Below, in pieces: positions 40,418 to 50,149 of a DNA stretch of 64,000 bases (positions are counted from its first letter, which is position 1; the number at the start of each line of letters is the position of its first letter). Under the pieces are notes generated by a model that saw nothing but the letters and a program-made list of their open reading frames with translations, was not told where the DNA came from and searched no databases. Both the position numbers and the translations under genes were made by a program. The stretch spans positions 11,879 through 75,878 of the forward strand of contig JBBILR010000001.1 in the NCBI GenBank assembly GCA_037444825.1, in the 5' to 3' direction. The stretch is from Acidobacteriota bacterium. GTDB lineage: Bacteria > Acidobacteriota > UBA4820 > DSQY01.

Positions 40418-41416
40418 TCACCCCTTCAGGGCCTGCGCCGCCGTCAGGGCGGCGACGTTGACGATGTCCGAGACCTTGCAGCCCCGGGAGAGGTCGTTGG
40501 CCGGCTTGGCGAGCCCCTGGAGGACCGGCCCGATGGCTTCGGCCTTCCCCAGGCGCTCCACCGCCTTGTAACAGATGTTCCCGGCGTTGAGGTCGGGGAA
40601 GACCAGCACGTTGGCCTTGCCCGCCACGGGGCTCCCCGGCGCCTTCCGGGCCCCCACCGACGTCAGGAGGGCGGCGTCCATCTGGAGTTCGCCGTCCACC
40701 AGGAGCTCCGGGCGCCGCTCCTTCACGAGGGCCAGGGCCTTCCGCACCTTGTCCACCGTTTCGTGCTCGGCGCTCCCCTTCGTGGAGAAGGAAAGGAGGG
40801 CCACCCGGGGCTCCATGTCGCAGAAGGCCCGGGCGCTGTCGGCGGAGGCCAGCGCGATGTCGGCCAGCTGTTCGGCGGTGGGGGAGGGGATGACGGCGCA
40901 GTCGGCGAAGATCATGAGCCCCTGCTCGCCGAAGGCGGGGTCGGGGTGGACCATGATGAAGCAGGAGCTCACCGTCCGGATGCCCGGCGCGCAGCCGATG
41001 ACCTGGATGGCCGCCCGCATGACGTGGGCCGTGGTGTTGGCGGCGCCGCTCACGCAGCCGTCGCACAGGCCCCGGCGCACCAGGAAGTCTCCGAAGAAGA
41101 CGTTGTCGGAGACGGCCTGCCGGGCCTGCTCCAGGGTCATCCCCTTGGCCTTTCGGAGCTCGTACAGCTCCGCGGCGAACTCCTCCAGGAGGGGCGAGGT
41201 CCGGTGGTCCAGCACGCGGACCTTGCCGAGCCCTTGGGCCTCCTTGCCCAGAGCCGCCTCCACCTGCTGGGGGGTGGCCAGCAGGGTGACGTCGGCGAAG
41301 TCCTCCTTGGCGATCTCCACCGCCGCCTGCACCATTCGGGCGTCCATGCCCTCCGACAGGACGACGTGCTTTCTCTGCGCCCTCACCTTGGCCTTGATCC
41401 GGTCCATGACGTGCAT
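40418..41416 (-). CDS. pta: phosphate acetyltransferase (short form)
   Basis: [36 protein letters not shown]... The start is at M28 of the track ORF, with GGAGGA 5 nt upstream. Confidence 0.9.
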   Translation of the reverse strand: MHVMDRIKAKVRAQRKHVVLSEGMDARMVQAAVEIAKEDFADVTLLATPQQVEAALGKEAQGLGKVRVLDHRTSPLLEEFAAELYELRKAKGMTLEQARQAVSDNVFFGDFLVRRGLCDGCVSGAANTTAHVMRAAIQVIGCAPGIRTVSSCFIMVHPDPAFGEQGLMIFADCAVIPSPTAEQLADIALASADSARAFCDMEPRVALLSFSTKGSAEHETVDKVRKALALVKERRPELLVDGELQMDAALLTSVGARKAPGSPVAGKANVLVFPDLNAGNICYKAVERLGKAEAIGPVLQGLAKPANDLSRGCKVSDIVNVAALTAAQALKG

Positions 41417-41879
41417 CGAAGTCCTCCTGGCGCCGCCCCGGACGAACTCCCCCCGGAGCGGGTGGCCGCCGTCCGGAATGGGGAGGGAAGATACCACCGA
41501 GGGCCGGGCGCGTGGTTCGTTCTCTCTCCGTTGTAACGCCTTCGCACCAGTCGAAGGCGTCGGCAGTGGGGCATTCTACACGGTTTTCCCGTGAGCGGAA
41601 GGGTCGGCTTCGCGCCGTTTTTCCTACTGTGTCACTTGCCCCACCATGGATCTAAAAGCGTGTGAGTATTTATATACCAAAAGTTGCCGCGCTATGGGCA
41701 CCAGACCGGAGTGACGGCTCCAGGCCCCACCGAGAGGGAAAAGAAACCTGGGCCGACGCCCGGGGTCCTCCGCAGGCACGTCGTGGAAGGCATGGCGCGA
41801 GTTTTCATGCCTTTTCGAAGGGGCTTGCGGGCGGGGGGGAAGGCCGATAGACTGAAAGGGCCCCGGAGGGGCCACCGGA

Positions 41880-42596
41880 ATGTTCAAAGGTCGGGTTTCG
41901 CTCAAGGGTCAAGTCGTCCCGTACACGGTGCGAAGGAACTCCCGCGCCCGCCGGGTTCTCCTGAAGGTGGAGGAGGCTTCGGGCCTGGTGGTGGTTCTCC
42001 CCCGGTGGGGGGCGGTGGAACGGGTGCCTCCCCTGCTTCACCGGAACGCCGAATGGATTCTGAAGCACCTGAAGCGCCGGGAGGAGCTTTTGAAGGAAGC
42101 GCCGCCGCCCCTGGGTGAGGGGCGCAAGGTGTGGTACCGAGGCCGGGTCCTCCCCCTCAAGGTGCAGAACGTGGCCTGCACCGACCCCTCGGTGGAGTGG
42201 CACCGGGACCGGGTGGTGGTGAAGGTGCCGAGGGAGGGCAAGACGCCCGTGGGGAGGGTCCTGGAGACCGCCTTCCGGGAAAAGGCGCGGGAGGTCCTGA
42301 GCCGCCGGGTGGAGGCCTACGCGGAGCTGGTGGGGGTTCGGCCCCGGCGGCTTTCCATCCGGGACCAGAAGACCCGCTGGGGCTCCTGCACCGCCCGAAG
42401 GACCCTCACCTTCAACTGGCGGCTTCTGCTGGCCCCTCCGGGGGTCTTGGACTACGTCGTGGTCCACGAGCTCTGCCACCTCCGCCGCCCCCACCACGGC
42501 CCCTCCTTCTGGGAGCTCGTGGGCGCCATCCTTCCGGGGTACGAGGGCGCCAAGGGCTGGTTGGACCGGTACGGGCCCCTGCTCCTTCTGAGCTAG
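41880..42596 (+). CDS. M48-family / DUF45 (YgjP-like) zinc metallopeptidase
   Basis: HELCHLRRPHHGPSFWELV is an HExxH motif in a YgjP-like context. Confidence 0.75.
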   Translation: MFKGRVSLKGQVVPYTVRRNSRARRVLLKVEEASGLVVVLPRWGAVERVPPLLHRNAEWILKHLKRREELLKEAPPPLGEGRKVWYRGRVLPLKVQNVACTDPSVEWHRDRVVVKVPREGKTPVGRVLETAFREKAREVLSRRVEAYAELVGVRPRRLSIRDQKTRWGSCTARRTLTFNWRLLLAPPGVLDYVVVHELCHLRRPHHGPSFWELVGAILPGYEGAKGWLDRYGPLLLLS

Positions 42597-42629
42597 GGAC
42601 GCGCGAACCTGAACGAGGAGAGAAAGGCC

Positions 42630-42866
42630 ATGGCCGACCCGGAGATCGCCAAGAAGGGACCGTACATCGAGGAAACCGCCGAGGGCGAGTACTGGTGGTG
42701 CTCCTGCGGGCGGTCGAAGAAACAGCCCTACTGCGACGGGGCCCACAAGGGAACGGACTTCAAGCCCGTCCGGGTGACGGTGGAGGCGCGGGAGCGGCTC
42801 TTCTGGTGCGGGTGCAAACGCACGGGAAAGAAACCCTTCTGCGACGGAAGCCACCGGGACCTCTAG
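42630..42866 (+). CDS. CDGSH iron-sulfur domain protein (two CDGSH-type motifs)
   Basis: CSCGRSKKQPYCDGAHKG and CGCKRTGKKPFCDGSH. Confidence 0.85.
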   Translation: MADPEIAKKGPYIEETAEGEYWWCSCGRSKKQPYCDGAHKGTDFKPVRVTVEARERLFWCGCKRTGKKPFCDGSHRDL

Positions 42867-42890
42867 ACCGGATCTCCCCCTCCTACGCCC

Positions 42891-43703
42891 GTGTTTCTCC
42901 TCAGCCGGACCGGATTCCGGCTCCACTATGAGGTTTCGGGGCAGGGTCCCCCCCTCGTGCTCTTGCCGGGCTGGACCCTCAACCTGCACCTGTGGGACCC
43001 GGTGGTCTCCCTTCTGGAGAAAGAAAGGACGGTGGCCCGCTTCGACCCCCGTGGGACGGGGCTCAGCGCGGCGAGTCCCGGGCTGGAGTTTTCGCGGGTG
43101 GCCGACGCCGAGGACCTCTTCGCCCTCCTGGACCACCTGGGGTGGAGGGCCGCCCACGTGGCCGGCCATTCGCAGGGGGCCCGGACGGCCATGGTGGCGG
43201 CCCTCTGGAGACCCGGCAGGGTCCTCTCGGTCGTCCTGCTGGGGGCCGGTGAGCCCCCTCCGCCGGGGGCCGCCTCCTTTCGGACCCGGGTCTCGGCGTG
43301 GGTGGCGGACCTGAGGGAGCGGGCGCGCCGGGAAGGGGTGGAAGCGGTGCGGGAGGAGATCCAGGGTGCGCGGCTCTTCGGAAAGTTGCGGACCTCCCCC
43401 GGCGGACTGAGGCTTCTGCGGAAGGCCACGGGGGGGTACCAGGGGGCCGACCTGCTCTCGGAGACCCCGCGAAGAACCTTCCCCACCGAGAGCGCCCGGA
43501 TGGGCCTTCCCCTGCCGGTTCTCTTCGCCGCCGGCGAAGAGGACCCCTTTCTGGAAGAGTGCCGGTACGCCCACACGGCCGTTCCGGGGTCCCGTCTCGA
43601 GGTCATCGGGCGGTGCGGCCACATGGCCCCGCTGGAGAGGCCTCAGGAGGTGGCCCGAATCCTTCTGGAACATACCGCGGGAAGCGGGAAGGGACCGGCC
43701 TAG
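42891..43703 (+). CDS. alpha/beta-fold hydrolase
   Basis: RLHYEVSGQGPPLVLLPGW...GHSQGA is a nucleophile elbow. It starts at GTG. Confidence 0.75.
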   Translation: MFLLSRTGFRLHYEVSGQGPPLVLLPGWTLNLHLWDPVVSLLEKERTVARFDPRGTGLSAASPGLEFSRVADAEDLFALLDHLGWRAAHVAGHSQGARTAMVAALWRPGRVLSVVLLGAGEPPPPGAASFRTRVSAWVADLRERARREGVEAVREEIQGARLFGKLRTSPGGLRLLRKATGGYQGADLLSETPRRTFPTESARMGLPLPVLFAAGEEDPFLEECRYAHTAVPGSRLEVIGRCGHMAPLERPQEVARILLEHTAGSGKGPA

Positions 43704-44497
43704 TCCGCCGGGAAGACCTCTCGGAGAAAGGAGACCAGGGCCCTGTGGACCGCTTCGGGGGCCTCCAGGGGGGCGAGGTGGCCCGCTCCCCGGATCTCGT
43801 GGAAAGCCCCCCGGGGCGCGTCGGCGGCCAGGGCGCGGCCCTCCTCCGGCGGGGTGAGGGTGTCTTCGCGGCCGCCCAGCCCCAGGTACGGAACCGGGAG
43901 GGCGCGGATCACCTCCACCCGGGAAGGGCGGGCGGCCATGGCCCGCAGGGCCGCCGCCACCGCGGCGGGCGGCTGGTCCTGGGCGATCTTCCGCACGGCA
44001 CCCAGGAGCCCCGGCCGGTTCCGGCGGGTGCCCGGCGAGAAGAGCCTGGGGAGAAAAGCCTCCAGGAAGGCCCCGTTTCCCTCCGCCTCCACCCGGCGGG
44101 CGTCTTCGAGGCGCCGCCGGGCGGCCTCGGGGGTGTCGGCGACGGCTCGGGAGTCCACGAGGGAAAAGGCCGCCAGGTCCCCGGGGTGGGTCTCGGCGAG
44201 GGCGAGGGCCACGTACCCCCCCATGGAGAAACCGGCCAGCGCGAAGGGCCGGGCCTCCCGCCGCCGGACCCAGCGGCGGACCGCCTCCGCCTGGTCCCCG
44301 AGGCTCCAGCCGGCGGGCAGGGCGGGGGAACCGCCGAAACCGGCCAGGTGGGGGACCAGGACGAAGAAGGAGGCCGCCAGCCGTTCGGCCACGGGCTTCC
44401 ACATCCGGCCGTCCAGGGGAAAGCCGTGGAGGAGCACCACCGGAGGGCGACCGGGGTCGCCCAGGGAAAGGCCCGCGAGGTCCGGGACCGAGGTCAT
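43700..44497 (-). CDS. alpha/beta-fold hydrolase
   Basis: MTSVPDLAGLSLGDPGRPPVVLLHGFPLDGRMW...GFSMGGYVA. GGGAGGG lies 6 nt upstream of the ATG at 44497. The ATGA overlap with the rsmB stop is at 44494-44497. Confidence 0.75.
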   Translation of the reverse strand: MTSVPDLAGLSLGDPGRPPVVLLHGFPLDGRMWKPVAERLAASFFVLVPHLAGFGGSPALPAGWSLGDQAEAVRRWVRRREARPFALAGFSMGGYVALALAETHPGDLAAFSLVDSRAVADTPEAARRRLEDARRVEAEGNGAFLEAFLPRLFSPGTRRNRPGLLGAVRKIAQDQPPAAVAAALRAMAARPSRVEVIRALPVPYLGLGGREDTLTPPEEGRALAADAPRGAFHEIRGAGHLAPLEAPEAVHRALVSFLREVFPAD

Positions 44498-45927
44498 TTC
44501 CGGACCCTCCCGGCCTCCCGGCGGTCCAGAAGGGCCACGAAGAAGCCGTCCCAGGAAGTCCGGTGGGGAAGGAGGTAACCTCGGCCCTCCCCGGCGGGGG
44601 TGAGGAGGGTGGCGAGCTCCGGTGGGGCCTCCAAAGGGCGGGGCCGGAAGTCCGGGTGGCCGGAGAGAAAGGCCTCCACCACCTCCACCGTCTCCTCCGG
44701 TTCCAGGGAGCAGACGGAGTAGAGAAGAGAGCCCCCGGGCCGCACCGCCTCCGCGGCCCGCTCCAGGAGGTTCACCTGGCGGAGGTGGTGGCGCCCCAGG
44801 TGCTCCTCCGCCACCTGCCAGCGGATTTCGGGGTTCTTTCGCAGGGTGCCCAGGGAGGAGCAGGGGGCGTCCAAGAGCACGGCGTCGAAGGGGGCGGCGA
44901 AGGGGAGGGGGGCGGCGGCGTCCACGGCGGCCACGCGGAGGGTCTTTAAGGAGAGACGCCGAAAGTTCTCGGCCATCTGGCGCAGGCGCCGCCGGTTTCG
45001 GTCGGCGGCCACGAGGAACAACTCCCGGCCTGCCCGAAGGGCCAGCCGGACGCTCTTGCCGCCGGGGGCGGCGCAGAGGTCCAGCACCCGGTCCCCCTTC
45101 TTCACGGGAAGCAGGAGGGCGGGAACCTGGGAGGCCCCGTCCATGACGTAGAAGAGGCCCTGTCGGAAGGCCTCGGAGCGGGAGGGGTCCCCCGAAAGGA
45201 CCCGGTGGGTGAAGGGCAGGACGGGGTCCCGCTCCAGCCGGAAGCCCTCCCGAGCGAGGAGGGCCAGTCCGGCGGCCTCCGCCGGCGCCCCGAGGAAGAG
45301 CAGGGAGAGAACGGCCGGCTCCGAAAGAGCCCGGAGGAGGGGCTCCGCCTCCTCGCCGAAGCGCTCCTCGTACCGCTCCACGAGCCAGAGGGGCATGCCG
45401 AGCCGGAGGGCCGCCCCTTCGCTCCCGGCGAAGGTCAGGGGCGCCTCCAGCGCCTCCTCGCGGTGCTCCGAAAGGCTCCTCAGGACGCCGTTGACGAAGC
45501 CTCCGGCCCCAGGGTTCAGCGATTTGGCGGCCTTGACGCACTCGTGGACGGCGGCGTAGGCGGGGACGCGGTCCAGGAAGAGGATCTGGTAGGCGCCCAC
45601 CCGCAGGATCTGGAGCAGTTCGGGCTGGACCCGGCCCATCTCCCGGTCGGTGTGGGCCTCCAGGGCCCGGTCCAGGTGGGGAAGGCGGCGGACCACCCCC
45701 GAAACCAGCTCCCGGAGCAGGGCCCGGTCGTCCTCTCGGGCCAGGCGTTTCTGCTCCCGTTGGACCACCCCCTTGAGGGACTGGTTGCCGGAAAGGACCT
45801 CCTCCAGGAGTCTGGCCGCCAGGGCTCGGAGGTTGGGTTTCTCCTCGGGGGCGCGCCGGGCCCGCGTGGCGGGGAGAGCCCCCGTCCTTGCCTTTCCTCG
45901 TGGCGGGGCGGGCCGGGAGGGCTTCAG
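44494..45927 (-). CDS. rsmB: 16S rRNA (cytosine-C5)-methyltransferase RsmB/Sun; 5' end unresolved
   Basis: The NusB-like N-terminal part is KPNLRALAARLLEEVLSGNQSLK. The MTase core is DLCAAPGGKS...DAPCSSLGTLRKNPE. There is no ATG/GTG/TTG near the conserved start. The only in-frame ATG is at 46032 (a 65-aa P/R-rich extension overlapping fmt), so the given end is approximate. Confidence 0.7.
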   Translation of the reverse strand: MKPSRPAPPRGKARTGALPATRARRAPEEKPNLRALAARLLEEVLSGNQSLKGVVQREQKRLAREDDRALLRELVSGVVRRLPHLDRALEAHTDREMGRVQPELLQILRVGAYQILFLDRVPAYAAVHECVKAAKSLNPGAGGFVNGVLRSLSEHREEALEAPLTFAGSEGAALRLGMPLWLVERYEERFGEEAEPLLRALSEPAVLSLLFLGAPAEAAGLALLAREGFRLERDPVLPFTHRVLSGDPSRSEAFRQGLFYVMDGASQVPALLLPVKKGDRVLDLCAAPGGKSVRLALRAGRELFLVAADRNRRRLRQMAENFRRLSLKTLRVAAVDAAAPLPFAAPFDAVLLDAPCSSLGTLRKNPEIRWQVAEEHLGRHHLRQVNLLERAAEAVRPGGSLLYSVCSLEPEETVEVVEAFLSGHPDFRPRPLEAPPELATLLTPAGEGRGYLLPHRTSWDGFFVALLDRREAGRVRK

Positions 45928-46874
45928 AGGCCCAGCCGTGTCCCCGCGGGGAGGGGAAACCCCCGGACGAGGTCGGCGGAGGAGAGGGCGCGGCGGCCCT
46001 CCCTTTGGAGGCTCGTGAGCAGGAGGCATCGGCCGTCTCCACAGGCCACCGTCACCGGCGGCCCCAGTACCACTTCTCCGGGTGCCGCGCCCGGGGGCGC
46101 GGCACCCGCCACCTTCGCGGCGAGAACCTTGATCCGTTCGCCCCTTACGGAGGAGTGGGCGCCAGGCCAGGGGTCCATGGCCCGAACCTGGCGCTCCAGC
46201 CTCTCCGCCGGCTCCTCGAAGGGGAGGCGGCCGTCCTCGGGGCGGATCCGGGGGGCCAGCGTGGCCCGGGCGGGGTCTTGGGGAACGGGGCGGAGGGTGC
46301 CGGCGGCCAAAGCGGGGAGGCTCTCCGCGAGAAGCCGGCCCCCCAGCTCCGCCAGGAGCGGGGTGAGGGTGCCGGTGGTGGCCCCCTCCGGAAGGGGGAT
46401 GGCCCGCTGGGCGTACACGGGGCCCGTGTCCAGCCCCTCCTCCATCCGCATGAGGGAAACCCCCGTCTCCGCGTCGCCTTCCCAGATGGCGTAGGCCACG
46501 GGGGCGGCTCCCCGGTGGCGGGGGAGGAGCGAGGCGTGGACGTTGACGCACCCCAAGGGGGGAATCTCCAGCACCGCCGGGGGGAGGATCTTTCCGTACG
46601 CGGCCACCACCACGAGATCCGGCTTCAGCTCGCGGAGGAGGTCCACCACGGCGGGATCCTTGAGGGTGGCGGGCTGGTGGACCTCCAGGCCCGCCCGGAG
46701 GGCCTCCTCCTTCACCGGCGGGGGCAGGACGGCGCGGCCCCTCCCCTGGGGCTTGTCGGGCTGGGTGAAGACCGCCACGGGGCGCACCCCCGCCTCCAGG
46801 AGGGCCCGGAGGCTCGCCCGGCCGAAGGCCGGGGTCCCCATGAAAACTACCCTTCGGGGTAGGGGTTGTCCCAT
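45924..46874 (-). CDS. fmt: methionyl-tRNA formyltransferase
   Basis: MGQPLPRRVVFMGTPAFGRASLRALLEAG...HASLLPRHRGAAP. The start at M78 of the track ORF aligns with the E. coli Fmt N-terminus. GGGAGA is upstream. Confidence 0.9.
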   Translation of the reverse strand: MGQPLPRRVVFMGTPAFGRASLRALLEAGVRPVAVFTQPDKPQGRGRAVLPPPVKEEALRAGLEVHQPATLKDPAVVDLLRELKPDLVVVAAYGKILPPAVLEIPPLGCVNVHASLLPRHRGAAPVAYAIWEGDAETGVSLMRMEEGLDTGPVYAQRAIPLPEGATTGTLTPLLAELGGRLLAESLPALAAGTLRPVPQDPARATLAPRIRPEDGRLPFEEPAERLERQVRAMDPWPGAHSSVRGERIKVLAAKVAGAAPPGAAPGEVVLGPPVTVACGDGRCLLLTSLQREGRRALSSADLVRGFPLPAGTRLGL

Positions 46875-47380
46875 TCTCCCTCCCGGATCATCTTCCGGAT
46901 CTTGCGCTTGAGGAGGTCCCTCCGAATGGGGCTGACCCGGTCCAGGATGAGCACGCCGTCGAGGTGGTCGATCTCGTGGCAGAGGGCGTGGGAGAGGTAG
47001 GCGTTGCCTTCCAGTTCGAAGGGCCTTCCCTCCCGGTCCAGGGCCCGGACCTTCACCCGGGCCGGCCTCTTGATCTTCTCGAAGATCTTGGGGAAGGAGA
47101 GGCACCCCTCCTCGCGCTCCGAGACGCCCTCCTGCTCGACGATCTCGGGGTTCACGAAGAAGGTCAGGTTCGTCTCGCCCCCCTCGAGGCCCAAATCCAC
47201 CACCATCACCCGGAGGGGAACCCCCACCTGGTTGGCGGCCAGCCCCGCCCCTCCGGCGTGTTTCATGGTCTCCACCATGTCGTCCATGAGGGTCCGGACC
47301 TCGTCGGTGATTTCCGTGACGGGCCGGGCCTTTTCGCGGAGGACGGGGGAGCCGAAGAGTTCAACTTTGCGTATCGCCAT
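46847..47380 (-). CDS. def: peptide deformylase
   Basis: MAIRKVELFGSPVLREKARPV...EGCLSFP...HEIDHLDG. Confidence 0.95.
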   Translation of the reverse strand: MAIRKVELFGSPVLREKARPVTEITDEVRTLMDDMVETMKHAGGAGLAANQVGVPLRVMVVDLGLEGGETNLTFFVNPEIVEQEGVSEREEGCLSFPKIFEKIKRPARVKVRALDREGRPFELEGNAYLSHALCHEIDHLDGVLILDRVSPIRRDLLKRKIRKMIREGEWDNPYPEG

Positions 47381-48407
47381 CGTTACCGGGTTCCTTTCCG
47401 AGGAGCACTTCCAGGGTCTTGCGGACCCGGGCTTCCAGCACCGCCTCCAGCCGTTCCCGGAGCGCCGGGGCCTCCTCCATCAGCCGGGAGGCGGAGGCGC
47501 CGTCCAACTCGAGGACCAGCCCCGGTTGAACCGCCGTCACGGTGGCGGTGCGGGGGACCTTCTGGAGGAACCCCACCTCGCCGATGACGTCGCCCCGCTG
47601 GAGCCTCCCCAGGAGGACCTCCCCCTCCTCGAAGGAGCCCCGGGCCTCGAAGAGGCCCTGGGCCACCAGAAACAGCGAGTCCCCCGTCTCCCCTTCCCGG
47701 AGGAGGACCTCCCCCGCGGAAATGGAACGCTCGCGGAGCAAGGCGGCCAAGCGGCCCAGCTCGTCGGCGCGCAGATCGGGCAGGAGGCCGTGGAGGGTGG
47801 CGAAGACGCCCTCCCCGGCGGAGGGGTAGTCCCCCGTCTCCCCCCAGGGTTCGGCGGGCGGCGGAGGCGCCGGTGCCGGTGGCACGCTCTCCACGGTTTC
47901 GGGCGCCTCCAAAGAGGAATCCAGCAGGGGTTCGTCCTCCACGGGAGGCGGGGGCGCCGGTGCCGGGCCCCTTTCCAGGGCCGGCTCCTCGGCGTCGAGG
48001 CTTTCGGCGGGAGGCGGGGCCGGCGCCTCTTCCATTGGCCCCTCCTCCGAGAGGTCGAAGGAAAAGCTCTGGCCGGGGTCCCTCGTCTCGGCGCCCGATT
48101 CCAGCTCCTGGAGCCGGGCGGCCACCTCCGGGTCCCCGGGAAGGAGGCGCAGGGCCTTCTTGAGGAGGGCGGAGGCCTGGGGCCGCTGGCCGCTCCTCAA
48201 GGCCGAGTCGGCCTCCTCCCGGTAAACGCGGGCGGCCTCCTCCTTCCGGCCCATTCCCTCCCACGCTTCGGCCAACCGGAGCCGGAGCCCCAGGTCGTCG
48301 GGGTTCTGCTTGAGCCTCCGCGCAAGGATCTTGGCCGCCTCCTCGAAGCGTCCCTCCCGCAGGAGCTGGACGGGGTCGGACTTGTCGGATCTGGAAAAGA
48401 GGGCCAT
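47361..48407 (-). CDS. TPR-like N-terminal region plus acidic linker plus C-terminal cyclic-nucleotide-binding (cNMP) domain protein
   Basis: MALFSRSDKSDPVQLLREGRFEEAAKILARRL are TPR-like helices. The C-terminus GEVLLREGETGDSLFLVAQGLFEA...GDVIGEVGFL is a cNMP-binding beta-roll. Confidence 0.7.
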   Translation of the reverse strand: MALFSRSDKSDPVQLLREGRFEEAAKILARRLKQNPDDLGLRLRLAEAWEGMGRKEEAARVYREEADSALRSGQRPQASALLKKALRLLPGDPEVAARLQELESGAETRDPGQSFSFDLSEEGPMEEAPAPPPAESLDAEEPALERGPAPAPPPPVEDEPLLDSSLEAPETVESVPPAPAPPPPAEPWGETGDYPSAGEGVFATLHGLLPDLRADELGRLAALLRERSISAGEVLLREGETGDSLFLVAQGLFEARGSFEEGEVLLGRLQRGDVIGEVGFLQKVPRTATVTAVQPGLVLELDGASASRLMEEAPALRERLEAVLEARVRKTLEVLLGKEPGNDGDTQS

Positions 48408-48531
48408 GGGCAGCCTCCGTGGAGCAAGCATAGTCCAAGGCCCTCGCCGGCGGCAAGGAGAGGGGCATGCCTTGCGGAAGGTTCGCTTCGGCTCTATGCT
48501 GGGCCCGGCGGGGGGCGTGAGGAAGGTGTCC

Positions 48532-49425
48532 ATGCCGGAGTTCTATCCCAACAACTTCGGGGGGCTCCCCCCCGAGCGGTCGGCCCTGGAGAAGAGCCGT
48601 TACGTGGTGCTTCCGCTCCCGTACGAGGCCACCACCTCCTACGGCAAGGGGACCAAGCTGGGCCCCCGGGCCATCGTGGAGGCCTCCCGGAACATGGAGC
48701 TCTACGACGAGGAGGTGGGCTTCGAACCTTGCGAGGCGGGGATCCACACCACCGAAGACCTCCACTTCCCCGACGCCTCCCCCGCGGCCATGGTGGAGAC
48801 GGTGCGGGAGGCGGTATCCCACTACCTGGCCCTGGGCAAGTTCGTCCTCTGCCTCGGGGGGGAGCACAGCCTCACCTACCCCGCCTTCGACGCCCACCTC
48901 AGGCGCCACGGGGACATCGGGATCGTTCAGATCGACGCCCACGCGGACCTCCGGGACGCCTACGAGGGGACCCCCTACAACCACGCCTGCGTGATGCGGC
49001 GGATCGTGCCGTTGAGCGCCGGCACGGTTCAGGTGGGGATCCGCTCCCTGAGCGCCGAGGAGGCGGAGTACCTGAGGGCCGAGGGGACCTGGCCCGTCCT
49101 CTGGGCGAGGGAATGCGCCGAAAACGACCGATGGATGGACCGCGCCCTCGAGGCCCTGCCCCCCAAGGTGTACCTCACCGTGGACCTGGACGGCTTCGAC
49201 CCTTCCCTGGTGCCCTGCACCGGCACGCCGGAGCCGGGGGGGCTCCAGTGGTACCCCGTGATCCGCTTCCTCCGCCGTCTGGTCAAGGAGCGGGAGGTGG
49301 TGGGGGCCGACCTCATGGAGCTGGCCCCCGACCGGGTGCACTTCGCCGCCGATTTCCTCGCCTCCCGGCTCGCCTACAAGATCGTCGCCTACCTGGAGGA
49401 GAAGAGACGCCATGCGCAGGGATGA
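48532..49425 (+). CDS. speB: ureohydrolase family protein, agmatinase-like
   Basis: MPEFYPNNFGGLPPE...LCLGGEHSLTYPAF...IVQIDAHADLRD...TVDLDGFDPSLVPCTGTPEPGGL has the Mn-binding His/Asp motifs of the arginase/agmatinase fold. Confidence 0.8.
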   Translation: MPEFYPNNFGGLPPERSALEKSRYVVLPLPYEATTSYGKGTKLGPRAIVEASRNMELYDEEVGFEPCEAGIHTTEDLHFPDASPAAMVETVREAVSHYLALGKFVLCLGGEHSLTYPAFDAHLRRHGDIGIVQIDAHADLRDAYEGTPYNHACVMRRIVPLSAGTVQVGIRSLSAEEAEYLRAEGTWPVLWARECAENDRWMDRALEALPPKVYLTVDLDGFDPSLVPCTGTPEPGGLQWYPVIRFLRRLVKEREVVGADLMELAPDRVHFAADFLASRLAYKIVAYLEEKRRHAQG

Positions 49426-50149
49426 ACGGGGCGGGGGCCCTCGGATCTCGGTGGTGGTTCCTGTCTACAACGAGGAGGAGAACCTGCCGGTCCTCCTTCG
49501 GGAGATCCGGGAGACGCTGGACCCCCTCGGCGAGTCCTACGAGGTGGTCTTCGTGGACGACGGGAGCCGCGACCGGTCCCTGGAGGTTCTCAAGGGGCTC
49601 CTGCCGGATAACCCCATGGTGCGGGTGGTGGTCTTCGAGAAGAACGCCGGGCAGACGGCGGCCATGGACGCCGGCCTGAGGGCCGCCCGGGGGGAGATTC
49701 TCGTCACCCTCGACGCCGACCTTCAGAACGACCCCCACGACATCCCCCTCCTCCTGGCTCAGATCGAACGCTTCGACGTGGTGGTGGGGTACCGGGCCCT
49801 CCGGCAGGACAGCCTGGTGAAGCGGGTCACCTCCAAGGTGGGGAACGGCGTCCGGAACTGGCTGACGCGGGAGCAGATCCGGGACACGGGGTGCTCCCTC
49901 AAGGCCTTCCGGCGGGAGGCGGTCCTGCGCCTCAAACTCTTCAAGGGGATGCACCGCTTTCTGCCCACCCTCTGCAAGATGGAGGGCTTCACCGTCACCG
50001 AGGTGAAGGTCAACCACCGCCCCCGGGTCCACGGAAAGACCAAGTACGGCGTCTTCGACCGCCTGAGGGCCACCGTGCCGGACGTGCTGGCGGTGCGGTG
50101 GATGCAGAGCCGTGTCCTGGGCTACCGGGTGAAAGAGGAGCTTCCGTGA
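49412..50149 (+). CDS. family 2 glycosyltransferase, polyprenyl-phosphate sugar transferase (ArnC/DPM1-like)
   Basis: ISVVVPVYNEEENLP...VVFVDDGSRD...LDADLQNDP has the DxD motif. Confidence 0.85.
   Translation: MRRDERGGGPRISVVVPVYNEEENLPVLLREIRETLDPLGESYEVVFVDDGSRDRSLEVLKGLLPDNPMVRVVVFEKNAGQTAAMDAGLRAARGEILVTLDADLQNDPHDIPLLLAQIERFDVVVGYRALRQDSLVKRVTSKVGNGVRNWLTREQIRDTGCSLKAFRREAVLRLKLFKGMHRFLPTLCKMEGFTVTEVKVNHRPRVHGKTKYGVFDRLRATVPDVLAVRWMQSRVLGYRVKEELP

Noticed and set aside
43700-46551. N-terminal 515 aa of the 780-aa ORF and N-terminal about 210 aa of the 685-aa ORF
   Set aside because: They are Pro/Gly/Arg-rich tracts upstream of well-defined internal starts with RBS (the hydrolase at 44497) or upstream of conserved N-termini (rsmB). 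I treated them as non-coding read-through of open frames.
47004-49679. 891-aa plus and 676-aa minus ORFs across def, the cNMP protein gene and the agmatinase gene
   Set aside because: They span genes of opposite orientation and different function. They have no motifs and are GC artefacts.
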